Assembly (NCBI RefSeq): GCF_009914755.1
Contig: NC_060926.1
Length of the DNA: 64,000 bases
Strand: one strand, 5' to 3'
From: the human T2T-CHM13v2.0 reference genome, Homo sapiens
The notes under the pieces are model-generated. The model saw only the letters and a program-made list of their open reading frames with translations. It did no database searches and was not told the origin of the DNA. Shown one piece after another: positions 26,279 through 41,370 of this stretch. The translations under genes and the position numbers were made by a program. Each line of letters starts with the position of its first letter. Within the stretch, counting starts at the first letter, position 1.

Positions 26279-29004
26279 AATAAACATTTTTAGCCTATGA
26301 ATTCATTTGTAAAATAGGAAACATGATAGTTTTTGCCTAAATGAGTCATGGAGATATTTAAATAACACGTAAAATACCTAGTATGATGCCTCTACCTAGA
26401 AAACAGTCATAGTCCCTTTAAAAAACATTTTCTGCAATATATGATCAAGCTTAAGAGCATTCACTGATTAAAAATGAGGACAGAATGGCTTACATAGAGT
26501 TAATGTTTAGCCATCTCCTATTTTCTTGCCTGTTTTTTAATCCTGTCTTGTTCTTCAAGCAACACAAAATCAGAAAGAAATTTGATACGATATAATTTGA
26601 ATCAGTTTAATCAAATGCCTTATCTATGTGAATAATGCCTTAAAATTAATGTATCATCAACACGCATTTAAAAGTTGAATGCAGTAATAGAAAGCCTATG
26701 ATTTTTTGCTCTTTTATAATAATCAGAAGCTCCAGATATAAACTCCTCACTCAAAAAAGTTTAAAATTCATACATATCTCCCCATTCTCAGGTAAAGATA
26801 AAAGATCCCATGTCTCTTCTCCTCTGTATCACGCAGTTACACTCACTCCTTTAAAATCCTGCAAGGTATTGAAGTGGAAGAATCATCCTGTCCTGACATT
26901 TATATCTCCACAAATGGCTTCAGTTCTTTAATTGTGAAGTTCCTTCTACACATTAGGGTGAGTGTTAAGATACTCCCAGACAGAAAGGAAGAGGGAAGGT
27001 AATTGGAGTAATTTGTATCAAGTGAAAAAAGTGTCTCCTGGATTTCTGTATTCCTAGTTGCAAGTTATTAGACTGTTTCTGTTTGGGTGGTTTTATAAAA
27101 AAAAAACTGTAAAACGTGGTTGCGTAAGCACATCTAAAGGTTAAACTCCAAGCAGCTAATCTGCATGTGAGAACAAGTAACTGTCAAACATTTAACCTTT
27201 TGCAGATTAAAACCGTCTGACTAACAGATGTGAAACCATCGTTGCTATAATTGTTAGAAGTAGAAATCTGAGCATTTTTAGAAGATACAACACTTTTTGG
27301 AGCAGTCATGTTTATGCTCCAGGTCAACTTTCCTGTTCATGACTGAGATGCAATCATAGCCTTTCATTTATTTTCACACTGTGATTCTCCTGAATTATTA
27401 TACGATGTTCATAGTTTATTCTACAGACATGCTCTTAGAAAGTTATAAGTTGAATTCTAATCGTCAGTTATATTTGCACACCGTTTCATACATGATAATT
27501 TTTTTTCCATTAAAACACTTAGTTTTCTTAACAGTACATGATAATTTTAGGAAGGCATTAGCTTCATTTCCAACTGATCCAAACTGGCCATGGCTCCTGA
27601 AGATTCTCTCTTCCCTTCCATTTCTCTACGCTCATTTCTGTCACATAATTACAAGTGTCAGCTCATGGTAGATGCTCAACCAAGATCTGTTGAATGAAGT
27701 AATTATCTTTAACACCTAAAAGATCTACTCCCTGAAGACATTTTTTTCACGAAAGCCTTTTTTGTATTGCAAATTGCCATCTCTAGTGAACTTGCGTGAT
27801 AATTTTTAATTTTAATAAATGAGATTTTTCTTATAATAGGATATATTGTTTCTGGTTTTCAGTATTAAAATTGCTGATAGGAATGAACATTTTGTAATAT
27901 ATAAAAGGACGTGACAGAATAATACTGTAGCTAAATACTTATCCAGCACAGTGTAGATACTCAAATATTTGTTTAAAATTACTCTACATTTCAGAAGTTG
28001 TGGCATTAAAACATTTGACTTGAAACACACTGCAATTTAATGCTACATTTCTTCTTGTCAACCAGGGTCTAACAGTATATGACCTGTTTCTAAGAAGAAA
28101 TAGAATGTATGCAAAAGCTTTTAATTCTGGAAATGTCATCATATACAATAGAGAAAAAAATTTAAAATAAAAATGTCTAATACTAGAAGAAATCTGAGGT
28201 ATCTTTTACACGAAAGTATAAAAGTGACAGGAGGGGTTCAAGTCTCCGAATTCTGAGCTTTTTATGTGAATAGCATATAAAACATGAATTGTGAAATATA
28301 CAGTAGACCATCTGTGAGTAAGATGACTCCATGATGCCATACTTGACAAACACGGACTTAGATCTGAAAAACACACAAAGCAAGCATCCACTTTACCCAC
28401 GAAACACGTCGGGAGAGAGGAAGTGTGGTTCTGTGAGGCCCCTGGTCTGTAGAAAGAAACCACCACGCTCTGGCTCCTGCCTGAAGCTGCACAAATGAGC
28501 TGGCTCAGTATTAGTGTCTTCTTTTAAAGGTTAGCACCTTTAAATTGCTGGCATGGCGATTGGTGGGAGCTAGAAGGGGTACCCCTAAAAATTCTTCGAG
28601 CAAAACCGTAAATACCAAATTACGACATAAAGGGGCTGCTACTTTCTTTACAAAACCTCGGCTGTGGCTTGTTTCTCCTCCGTGAATCAACTGTCTTTTT
28701 CCAACAAAGACACCCACTTCAGGGTTTCAAGGGATATCTATTCAAGGCACGTACTGTACAGCATATGTGGTTATCTACAGGTAGTACAGCCTGTAAACCT
28801 AGTTTGCTCAACTAAATAGCATTTATCATGTATTTTTATGCCTTCTGACATCTGCTACTAAATACAAACAATGAAAGCATCTCCAAAAACTAGAGATTTC
28901 TACTCTAGGAGATGTGGTGGCTGGTAAAATCACCTGCACTTTAACCATGGAACAAGACATTTCCCCTCCCCATGTCCAGCCCATGCCCAGACTGTCCTCT
29001 AAAT

Positions 29005-29335
29005 CAGGGGTCCCCAACCCCCAGACCATAACAGTCCATGGCCTGTTAGGAACTGGGCCGCACAGCAGGAGGTGAGTGGAGGGTGAGTGAGCCTGAGCTC
29101 CACCTCCTGTCAGATCACCGGCGGCATTAGATTCTCATAGGAGAGTAAACCCTATTGTGAACTGTGCATGCGAGGAATCTGGGTTGTGCTCTCTTTATGA
29201 AAATCTAACTAATGCCTGAGGATATGAGGTGGTACAGTTTCATCCTGAAACCATCCCCACCCTCACCTCCTCGTCCATGGAACAACTGTCTTCCACGAAA
29301 CCGGTCCCTGGTGCCAAAAAGGTTGGGGATTACTG
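29005..29335 (+). mobile_element. MER1B hAT-Charlie element
   Basis: caggggtccccaaccc ... aaaaggttggggattactg; 8-bp TSD ct(c/t)taaat. Confidence 0.9.
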
Positions 29336-29979
29336 CTTTAAATGAACCCTTGGCCTTTAAGGGCACATGCTGCACACCTGGAGCTGGACCCATGGAGAGC
29401 TGATCCTGAGTTGGGCTGGGGCAGGCTTGCTGGCCGGGCTATACCATGAGCTAGCTGCCTGTCCTACTGGTAAAGCCTGCAACCCCAGAGAAAGTGCCCA
29501 TTTCAGACCAAGAAGGGAGGTGCTCACAACAAACGGAAACATCTCTGCAGTCACACCAAGAGCTGCACCCTTGTTCCTCATGTGTATTAAGTGCAGGATT
29601 AATGCCATGAATGCTAGGAATCCACCATATCACAAACACTGACCTGTTGGGTCAACCAGTTTCCAAAATAACCTCATTGCTGTTTCTTCTCGTTTGTATT
29701 TTATCTTTGCCTTTTCACCTTCATTTCCCTCTTTCCTGCCATCCCTTTTACCTTAACTGAGTTCTTTGTTTCCTATTTCTGTCCCCATATTAAATGACTT
29801 GGCTAGTTCACTCGTTGATTAAAATACGAAGAAGTTATTGTTGGAATGAGACATTGTTCACTGCAATGTCTTTTTTCGATGGAGAACAAGATAAAGGCCA
29901 ACGCTGTGAGTGTCAATGTTGAGGACAGGTTCCCTAACTTCAGCCTCAGAGGATCTTCCCATGCTGTAGTCTAACATGC

Positions 29980-30441
29980 TGTTACAGGTTGAATTGTGTC
30001 CCTGCAGACCCCACAATATTCAGATGCTGACATCCTAATCTCCAATGCTTCAGAATGTGACTTTATTTGAAATTGAGGTTGTTGCAGACCTAGTTAAGAT
30101 GAGGTCACTCTGGAGTAGGGTGGGCACCACAACCCTGTGTGACTGGTGTCCTCATGAAAAGGGGACACGTGGACACAGGCATGCACACAGGCAGAATGCC
30201 CAGAAAACATGAAGGTGTCGGGTGATACATCCACAAGCCAAAGAACGCCAAAGATCACCAGCATCCACCAGAAGCTGGAGAGGCATGAAGGGATTCTCCC
30301 TCACCACCCTCAGAGGGAACCAGCCTTGCCAACACCTTCCTCTCAGCCTTCCAGCCCCCAGGACTGCCAGGTGACACACACCTGCTGTTGAGGCTGTCCA
30401 GGCTGTGGGACTTTATAGGGCAGCTTCATCAAATTAATACA
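29980..30441 (+). mobile_element. MLT1 (B/C-like) MaLR solo LTR
   Basis: tgttacaggttgaattgtgtccc ... aaattaataca (TG...CA); 5-bp TSD (c/t)atgc. Confidence 0.85.
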
Positions 30442-33400
30442 TATGCCATGCATTTTCTCTGTCTACCCTGAAATTCAACAAAATGTGTTATTTGGTCAAA
30501 TAAAATGAAACACAGAGCACCAAATAACTAAGACACTAACCTCTTTCTCAGATAAAGGCAAGTTCATATATCATAGTCAGAAGTTAAAAATTAAAAGAAC
30601 AATTGTCGTTGTCTATAATCTAAAGGTTGCTGTCAAGGGCTTTTCAGATGACCTCTTCATAGGAATCCTGTTTATTCTTTGCCTGTGAAAATTTTGTGTT
30701 GCACCTAAGTTTAAAATTGTAAATAAGGAACCTAATGTGCAAAATGCAACACTTTACTTCATCCATGACTTTACGGACCTGAATAAGAGACTAATGAAAT
30801 GAGAAATTGTTAAATTACAAAAAACAAGAACACGTGATCTGTATAATAGGGTACTATAAACACAGTCATATCAGAGGAACTAATCTCTCACAAGTCAGAA
30901 GGAGACTGAGTAGAAAACTGCGAACGACCACCACCCCTGGTCCCTTGTTGTAACTCAGCCACGGACCCAATGCTGAATCGCTGCAAGCCTTGGTTTCCTT
31001 GTGTGCATCCGTCAGGTGTCTCAGGCAAGGCTGCCCACTCCACTGTCTCCCGATCTAACGGAGCTCAATGACTTTGCTGCGTTTTACTCTGCTGACCCCT
31101 CACTCCTTGGAATTTCCCACTTCCTGAGCTCCTGGACTTTTCTGCCTCCTGGCCCTCCTCCTGCTCTGTTCCTCCTCCACCTGTCCAAAGTATTCCTCAG
31201 TACCCTCTTGTTCTTGCCACTCTCTGTGTTCTCCCAAAGGGAGCTGGTCCGCTATTTCCCTGCCTGCATGTCCAACCCTGACCTCTCGCCTACCAAGAGC
31301 AGTCTCTAGGACAGCAGCTATGTTAATAATCATGATAATATGCTTGCACTTACGTATATTTATACTGTGCTGAACACTACGATTTTACAGTGGATCCATA
31401 CAGTATGAAGCAATAAGGTGACTTAAAAAATGGTTTGTTAATAGATTAGTTTCTTTAAAAAGGTCAACATATCCCAGCACTGTTTACAGAATTCTTTGGT
31501 TTAACAAGGGCTTTTATCTCATTTTACTTGGTGAAAAGTTAAAGCCCAGTTTGTCTCTGAATTCTAAATTAGACGGTACACAATAGGCAAAGTGCTTTCA
31601 ATTGCATCCAAGGTGAGGATGTGCAGGTCCTTCCTAAGACTCAACACCCAGTTAGAGATAATGGACAAAGCCCCAGCCGAGGGCTTATTGACCTTATTTA
31701 TGCCAATAACACAAACTCTGACTCTGGAGAATTAAGGGATGTTGGAAACAGTCACTGCCACTTGGAGGTCAATTAAAGTCCACCTTTGAGCACTGGTGGA
31801 GAGGAGGCAGGAAGCCTGCAGAGATAAAAGTATCCTAATTTAAATGTTAAAAGGACCATTACAGGATCTTAATTCCTTCTAGCAAACAGAGCATGTACTT
31901 AGATGACAATGAGCATAAATACAACCACTCTAGAAAGAAAAGACAGGAGCTCTCTGCTCCAAAGAGTATTACAGCTTTCACAAGAAGGACCTGAGCTAAC
32001 TTCTCATGTTTGTAGGTGGGCGATGGGATAAGTTTGCAGAAGACCCATTTACGGGGACCATGGGCAAACAGAAGCAGACCATGAACTAAGTTAAAATTCA
32101 AGGCCCCCAGGTAAACCAGGGCAAACATCCCTGACTCCCCAATCCACCTCTTCTAAAACTCTCTTAAGAAACACCATGATCAGTGTCTTCATTTAGCAAA
32201 GACGTCTTCAAGAACCACAGCTCGTGTTTGGGGCAATCATTTTGCCCCCTCTAGTGAGGGGGCATTTCTTTATATTAAAGCCCTGAGAATTAAAGAAAAA
32301 CAATATGCAGAAAGTGCAACAAATTATTATCCAGGCTGTGTGCTTCTCTTTCTCAGAACATTCTATTAAGATTCTTCACTAAAGAATGCCCTTCCACAGA
32401 GCACCACCAGACAAGAGCTTGGAGAATAAGTACTTATATTTCCTAGAAACTGTCAGACCAGAATAATCCCATTTCTAGAAACGGCAACAACAGTGGCCAA
32501 AAAAACTGTTTATTAGGGAAATAATTATGGAAATTTCACTATAATTAGGGAAAATCTCAAATTCTGTATTTTATGTTTCCAGCTTTTACTTTTTCCGATA
32601 GGTTCTGGCCAAATTCCCAGAATGCATTTATCTGATGATGTCTCAAGTGATGGCAAACACAGAATATTATATTTCAGTTGTTTGCACTGCTTGTTTCTCC
32701 ATAGTTCCCACCCTCGATGAGATGTTTTGTGCCTTTGGAGGCATAGTGCTGTCCAAATGCTTTGGGGCCCGTAGGATGGAGCTTGGTGTGACCTGGCTAC
32801 TTAAGACACAGCCACACCCAAAGGCAGCTCAGATTCTCCTTTAAGACCCTGGCCAGTGTCTCTCTGCCATTCCAGGTAGTGTTAAATCTGGTTTGTGGAC
32901 AGGTTAGCATGCAAAGCAAATTAGAATACAAAAATGGGCTGCAGACATGTAAATGTCTCAGGAACCAAGTGAGTTTCCTCTGATGACATGAATGTCTACG
33001 TCAAATCAGGGTATGGATGCAGAGCAGCTGGTGTTCATGGTGAAAAAGATGTGACTCAAGTGCCACTGACTGCTTCTCCCGAACTCTGCCTTATCCTCAA
33101 TTATGTCTAACTACAAACCGAGATATCTTCTTATCTAATGCAGTGACAATTAAAATGTCACCCTTGAGATAGTAAGAGTAGGGCTTCTGCTGCAGAGAAC
33201 TCTAAAGACAGTCAGTATCACATTCAGACTGTGTGCAGGAATTTCTTCCCCACAGAGGATGTGACAACTTCCCAGGGCTTTAAAAAAGCCTCGATACCTG
33301 AAAGTAAATACACGTCACCCCAACATGGAAGGCAATGTGGTCACTGCAGGTGAACTCTCAAAATGTAAAACCTAATACCTCACCAAGTTGCCTAAGAGAC

Positions 33401-33731
33401 AGGTCTCAAAACACCTATGGCTCCAGCCCCGGGAACCCATTTCCCTTTTCCTCTGCACCACTGAGTCCAAGTAAACAGCACACTCTGCTTCTGAGGACAC
33501 TGAGGTTGACTCCATTCGAGCTGATAAAACTGCCTCCCCAACATGTAGTTCTTTTTCCATTTTCTCCCCTTTTTCCTTTTAATAAATTCCCTGCTGTGGT
33601 ACAAGGGACCGGAACAGTAAAGCTGAAAGTCTCTCATTAATTATAAAAATGATTTAATCTGCTGGAAATATTTATTTCCAGAGAGGGAAGTGTGGTGTCC
33701 CAGCTCTGTAATGCTATCAACGTTATGTATG

Positions 33732-34504
33732 TGCAGTAAGTAGAAGAATGGCTCCCCAAAGATGCCCACCTCCTAATGCCTGCAACCTCTGAATGTGTTC
33801 CCTTCTATGACTTAAGAGACTGTGCAGATGTAAGTTAAAGATCAGGCCTGGCCAGGCACAGTGGCTCACACCTGTAATCCTAGCACTTTGGAAGGTCAAG
33901 GCAGGTGGATCACTTGAGGCCAGGAGCTGGAGACCAGCCTGGCGAACACAGTGAAACCCTGTCTCTACTAAAAATTCAAAACGTAGCCGGGCATGGTGGC
34001 AGGCACCTGTAATCCCAGCTACTCAGGGGGCCATGGCAGGAGAATTGCTAGAACCCAGGAGACAGAGGTTGCAATGAGCCGAGATCATACCATTGCACTC
34101 CAGCCTGGGCGACAGTGAGACTGTCTCAAACGAAAATAAAACAATTAAAATTAATCTTAAAAATAATAAGATCAGGCCCAAGGTAGTCGCTAAGGCCCTT
34201 CTAAGCAAAAGAAGGAGCAGGAAGGTTAGACAAGTGAGGGCCAGAGTGAGGAGGTTGTTGGCTTTGAAGATGGAGGATGGGGCCGTGAGTCAGAATGTGG
34301 AGCTCCTCTAGAAGCTGGAAATAGCAAGGAAACAGATTCTCCCCTAGATCCTCCAGAAGGAGCACAGGCCTGCCAACACCTTGATGTTAGCCCAGTGAAA
34401 CCCACTGTGGACTTCTGATTTTCAGCACTCTAAGATAATAAATGTGTGCTGTTTTAAGCTGCTAAATTTGTGGTAATTTGTTATAGCAGCAATGGGAAAC
34501 TACA
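33732..34504 (+). mobile_element. MLT1D-like MaLR LTR interrupted by an Alu
   Basis: aatggctccccaaagatgcccacctcctaat...gattctcccctagatcctccagaagg...ttgttatagcagcaatgggaaactaca. Confidence 0.85.
33850..34167 (+). mobile_element. Alu (Sz/J-like)
   Basis: Full dimer; TSD aagatcaggcc. Confidence 0.94.
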
Positions 34505-35571
34505 GTATCTGCTACTTCCTCCTTCCTGATCTAATCCAATCTAGGAGTTTGGGGAAGTGGAGGGAGGAAATCTAGCTAATACCCAAATTCTCTTTCTCTA
34601 CTATTTCCACTACCAAGTATCTGTTCCATTATCAGAAACTAACCAAGTGATGGTTTATTTATCTGGAAACCACTCAGCATCATAGAGTTTTTAAGGCTGG
34701 ATAAACTAGAGGCCATTTAAGCCAAGCCTCTAATTTTATCCAAGAGGGAAAGAAAAAAAAGAAAAAAGGACAAAGAAGGGTTCAAGGAATGCCCTTGGAC
34801 ACCAGTTAATGGGTGAATTTTGCTGGCTTTCTAATCCAGTTCTCTAAATTTCTCATCTCTTGCTAGTATTGTCGACAACTCACTCCTTCAGAAGCATTCT
34901 TCCTGCCCTAAGCCAGTTCCCTTGGCAAATTTTCCTTTAAAATGAATATTTCAATTAGTAAACTACACATATTTTGCATATTCCAACTAGAAAGCAGCAC
35001 AGACTGGCCAGCAAATTCATGCCAAGCTAGACTGGCTCAAAGAGCTTCAGTTCATATGACAACATCCGTTCACAGGCTCAGCCCAGGTACCACATTATCA
35101 AAGATTGAAATTTTGAAACCTGGTGAATTCAGCTTCTGCTGAAATGCAGAAGATACTGTAAGCGAATATACAGGTTTGTCAAGGTCTATGAATTTCATCC
35201 AAAATACTAAGGAGAGTTTTTACTACCCTAAACTCACAGCTTTTACAGGGCTTGTTTTTATTTATTTATTTTTTTGAACCAAAATCATAGATTTAGAGTT
35301 GGAAGTGACCTTTGTGATCATTATTTCAATCCTTTCAGAGAATTCTCTCTGCAGGAATATCTATGTAGGACTTGGATTTGACCCAAGCACATACAATGTC
35401 TCAGAGGGCTCTCTGCTCCTGGCCAAGAGCATCAGGTCTTGTTTTTAATATAATCAGTGTTGTAAATTATGGCACAGAGAACAGGCTCATTCAGCTGTGG
35501 AATGAACTGAGTTAAATGGACTTGTAAACATCCCTAAATGAAAGAATTAAAAAGTCAAATGAGGAATTATA

Positions 35572-36202
<631 letters not shown>

Positions 36203-38004
36203 TATCATGTCAAATGTAATTAAGTTTTACTTACACAGTAGTATCCTGAATCTAAAATTAATTAATTAGTTAAAGCCAACTAGAAACTAGCAAACTAGAA
36301 AACAGATTTCAAGATTCTCAACTAGGTTACAAACTCCTTGAGGGCAGATGCTGTCTAAACATACTTCTCTCTCTTGCCTGCTGCACCTTATTTAACCACA
36401 GGTGCACAATCAGCATGGGCTGAATTCAACTGGTATACACAGTTCCTGCTTAGCTCCCAGAAATGAATCTAGAATACATTTCCTAGGAATCTAGAAATAT
36501 GAAGCAATATGATGAACTGTACTTTCTTGTGGCCCCCCAACAGAACTCACGCTTCCCCAGCTCATAACCACTTGCAGACATAATTTAAATTTGTCCTAAT
36601 GGCCCAGATTCCTGTACAAACACCAGATTCCTGTACTAGTGTTTGCTCCTTGGTCTGAAGCTTATTTTTCTCAGGGTACAAGAAAGGTCTGATGCCGCAG
36701 ATGTTATATCTGCGTTCTGGGTCAATAGACTCACCACACAAAAAGAAGAGTAACTCAGCCTCCTTGACGTCTGATGTTCCTCAAGTGCCTGGCCATGAAG
36801 ACAGAACTTCCTGATCTTATTTTCCTTGCTCTTAACTCACTATGTATTTCACTGTGACTCTTGTCACTATCACTTCAGCAGAGTTCATCACACAGCAGCA
36901 CTCCAGTGGCCTAGCTCAGACACTGCAAACCAACCAAGAATAAGAACCAGAATTTACAGTTTTTTAAGAGAACTGTACTATCCTTTAGAATAGCCAGAGC
37001 CAGAGTGAACACCTGCTTTGCTGCAAATCAGAATGGCATGGTAGAATGACATCAGGTCGGATGTCAAATTCAGGCTGAAACCTAACTATGCCTTGGTTTC
37101 CTTGTATGTTTGATAGAGGCACTGTGTCTGCTGCATTAGGTTATTATGAGGACTAGAGAGAATATAGGTAAAGATGCTATTATTAGTAGTTAGATGTTTA
37201 TTGTAATTTTGTTTAGCTCTGTCAAAGAATATTACTTTTAATTAAAATGTTAATATAGTTCATCTTGAAGATTTTCTTTTTCCTTACATTTTTATCTGGG
37301 GCCTTAGCTGAAACTAAAAACAAACAAACAAACAAACAAACAAAAACTCTATGCAGATTTGTCACCTCTCTTATAAATCATTTTCATTTTCCTGAAACCT
37401 GGAGACAAGAGGCAAAATGAAACCTACCATCTCTTCTAAAGGGAGGGAGGGAGGAAAGGACAGTCTATTAGCAAAAAAAATATATACATATATATTAAGG
37501 CAAGACTCCAGAAAAAGAAAAAACACAGGCATGAACCAAGCACTAACCAGTGTGCCTCAATGTTTTACTTGAGGGAAATGATCTGTATGTTGCCCCCACC
37601 CCCGGCCAGGATGCAGCCAAACGACCTGGATAGTGAACTCTGCACTTCTCTAAAAAAGATGGCTCTCAAGAAGGTGGAAACCTAGGATGACAGCCAGGAA
37701 AAGGTTGGAACCAGAGGTGGGGTCTTTATTGGGCTGGGAGCAGACTAAGTTGTACCCAGTAGCTGGCAATCAGGATCAAGGAAGAGGCTACAAAGTCAGA
37801 TCACAGTAGAGATCTGGGATACACACAGAGGTCAAGGAAAAGCAAGGTTCAGAAACCAGCAATGCAGCCTGAACCACAGGCAGAAAGCCACAGCAACACT
37901 AAGATCTGATGCTTCTAAGTTTTCTGCTGGGGGCTGGAGCCATCCACAAGGTAAGCCAAGCCCACAGTCCACAAGTGGAATCAGGTCACTGTCCTCAGGA
38001 AGTA

Positions 38005-38160
38005 GGGCGACAAGGGTTAGGAATTACTCACTGGGTACAATGTCTGTCACTCAGGTGACGGAAACCCTAAAATCCCTGACTTCACCACTATGCAATATAA
38101 GCAAGTTACAAAATTACACTTGTACTCCATACATTTATACAAATATTTTAAAAAAGAAAA
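38005..38160 (+). mobile_element. L1MA-type 3' end fragment
   Basis: gggtacaatgt...gacttcaccactatgcaatat...cacttgtactcc. Confidence 0.75.
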
Positions 38161-39681
38161 AGTCTTGATACAGAGGCCCATTTTCTCTAACCAGGAAGGA
38201 GTTTCCAAACTACAAGTCAATTCTTTCTAAAAGCACCTCTCTCTCCTTCACTCAGATCTGGAGACAGAAGAGGATGCCTCTGGGCAGCCAACCCAAGCAG
38301 AGCTGGGCAAGCGAGAAAATCGCCACCATGTCAGTGACCACCTGCTCACCCAGGCACTTCCTCCAACAGAAGACCTTCTGTTGAGCCTCCACCCTGCATC
38401 CGGCATTCCTGAACGTCCCCTGACCTGCACCCCCTCATCATCTGGCTTAGGAACCATTTGGCCTCTGACCCACCCATGTTCTATATTCACAGACAAAAGA
38501 ATAGGGAGACTGTGGATTAGGATCACAGGGCCTCTATAATTAACTCTGATTCACCCTTCACACTTTCTGACACACAGAATCATTGGGGGAAAACTCTTCT
38601 GATTTATTGAGGGTTGAGTGTAAGGTACTGTCATAGGTTAGCTGTGAAAATTCATTTAATTCTCACACAACCCCATGAGTTAGACAGGATAGTGTCCCCA
38701 TCCTCACTTTATAGACATGAAAATAAAAAAATCAGATTCCAGTGAGTGGCATGGTCAGAAGTAAACTCACATTTGGCCTCTGGTTGATCAACAGTTCTCA
38801 GTAGGCAGCCTCTGTAGAGGAATTATGTCTCTTAGGGATAAAACTGAGATGTAATCTCACAGAAAGCTCTTGTGCGTTTTTTAAATTCCTTTAAAGAAAA
38901 ATTTGTATTGATAGTTCTTCCCTTGATTTAGGGATTTTTTTAATACCTGGTTTCTTGAAAAGCTTTTTAAGAGGATCTGCCAAATTACATAAGCATTTCT
39001 AGTTTTTCTTAATTTTAATTCTCATTATGAGATTTTCTCATCAAAAATAATTCAGATAGTTCTAAAAATGTCCCGTAAGTAAACAATGTCAGGAAAAAGT
39101 GAGATATGTTGAAATACGAACAAACGAATGAATGAATGGACAAACTTCAGAACAAACTATCTAACTGCAGCAAGAACTGGGACTGGAAACACCTAACCAA
39201 TGACAGCCCCATAGTGGTTTCTGGATGCTAAATATAGACAAGGTCCAAATTCCCAAAGTCTAACTCTGGCTTTATCACACATACTTGGCAAAAGAATGTT
39301 ATCCTGATAAAGCCCTCCTGTCTGGCCATGCTTAAGTAAATGTCCCAACATGGACTGTCTTCCACCTAGCTGCCAGGGGAAAATGGATCACTTCTGTACT
39401 CTTGGTGTGTAGCCAGACTATATTAAAAAGTCCTTCATCCTGCCTCAGCAACAAAAAGTGCACTGCCATCAGTTACGTTAAAGCTGTTGTGTGATAAATT
39501 TGAATATTGCATAATGGAGGGGAAAAAATCAAGGACTTACACTACAGCTATAAAAGGGATATGTGAAGCTATTTAGTCATGATTTTGTCATGGAGTAGTG
39601 ACCTAGACAACTCAAATTCCAATTAATACTTGAAAAGCCCTTGGGACATAGTGTGATATGCATTCCTATAAAATGGCTCTT

Positions 39682-40002
39682 GGCTGGGCTTGGTGGCTCA
39701 TGCCTGTAATCCTAGAACTTTGGGAGGCCAAGGCAGGCAGATCACCTGTGGTTGAGAGTTCAAGACCAGCCTGACCAACATGGAAAAACCCCATCTCTAC
39801 TAAAAATACAAAATTAGCTGGGCATGGTGATGCATCCCTGTAATCCCAGCTACTCAGGAGGCTAAGGCAGGAGAATCACTTGAACCCGGGAGGCGGAGGT
39901 TGTGGTGAGCCAAGATTGTGCCAGATAATGCCACTGTACTCCAGCCTGGGCAACAAGAGCAAAACTCCGTCTCAAAAAAAGGATAAAATAAAATAAAATG
40001 AA
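39682..40002 (+). mobile_element. AluSp-like
   Basis: Full dimer; TSD ataaaatggctctt. Confidence 0.94.
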
Positions 40003-41139
40003 ATAAAATGGCTCTTAAAATAATGCATTTGAATTCCTAAGTATTTATATACAACATTGCCCCCTTAATTTTATTTTAAGCAAAGAACAACGGTATTTTT
40101 CATTTAGCAGTTGTGACTTGCTACGAGGAAGTCTAGGTCAATCAGCCGGTTTGCAGTTCAGGCAAATCTAAGCTACCTGACTCCACTGTGCCATGAGGAA
40201 ATGACAGACAAGAGAACGCCCTACAGGCCCTGAGGTTTTCCTGGAGTACCTTCCAAACCATGGCCTGCATTGTGCTTATGACCTGGACAGGTCACCGCAA
40301 GCTCCTGCTGGTCCAGGCAGTCAAGAAGGGACTCCACAGTGTCTTCACAATCACCGCACTTCTGCCTGGCACAACGGCTTTGCCAAGCTACCCTCTTCGT
40401 GCCCACCGTTTCCTCTGCTGCTAGAAACACTCACAAAGCAATAGAGTTCTTACAGTTCTCTGAGCTCCACCTCAGCGCCTGCTCATAATGGAAAACGGCT
40501 GCTGCCAGAGCCACTTCCACCCTCACGGAAGCGGGGTCACGGCTGCCTTTGGGAGTCTGATGAAAGCTGTAGGCTGTCTTCTCAGGAAAGACAAAAATGA
40601 AAGAAAGGAACAGAAATGCAGAGACGATGAGAGGGATTCCCTGACCTCCAGGTTAAGGATCCTCAGCTTTACAAGGCTAAGGGAGGAAGAATGGAGGGGG
40701 TGGTGGAAGGAGAGGCAGAGAGGGAGAGAAGGGAGTACGGAGTGAGCCAGCTCCAGGGACCAGCCACTGAACAAAGTGCTGCCCTTGTCTCAGCCTGGAA
40801 TCAGACGGTATGGGTTCTGGCTCAGGCTCGAGATTCCCAGTGAAAGCCACAAAGTTCTATGACTTCATCAAAAATGTTCCCTTGCCCACAGTGCCATTAG
40901 CTATTCCACGTGACCACACCAATCTTTTTGACCAAATATTCTCTCTCACTGATTAAACTATTCTACTACAAATTGTTGATGCCTTTGGGCATATACAGGA
41001 TGGAAATAGCTTAGAAAAAAAAGTATTCTATTTAACAAAACTTTACAGTAATCGGTACAGTCCCTCATTTAGTCAATAAACACTCGGCGACCACATGCTA
41101 TGTGTCAGGTCATATGCCAGCTACAATTAATAACAACTT

Positions 41140-41370
41140 AAAAAGTAATCATAGCTAAACACATTGTGCACTTAACTGTACTAAACACTTTACGCATATT
41201 AGCTCATTTAATCCTCACATTAATCCTTTGAGGTACGTATTATTCTTTCTTTTCCACTATTCACAATAGACAAAATAGAGCTATCCACAGCTAGCTGGTG
41301 GCAGAGCAGGGGATCAGAACTCAGACTATCTGGTTCACAGTCTGTGTTCTTAATCATTACAGTTCCTGCC
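41140..41370 (-). mobile_element. MIR
   Basis: attagctcatttaatcctcac...acagctagctggtggcagagcagggatcagaactcag. Confidence 0.7.

Noticed and set aside
32243-32264. tgccccct-ctagtg-agggggca palindrome resembling a CTCF site (similar at 62362-62379)
   Set aside because: Spacing does not fit the CTCF core consensus, and an 8-bp stem is expected by chance.
36604-36636. 14-bp direct repeat ccagattcctgtac
   Set aside because: Only two copies; an ordinary micro-duplication, not an array.
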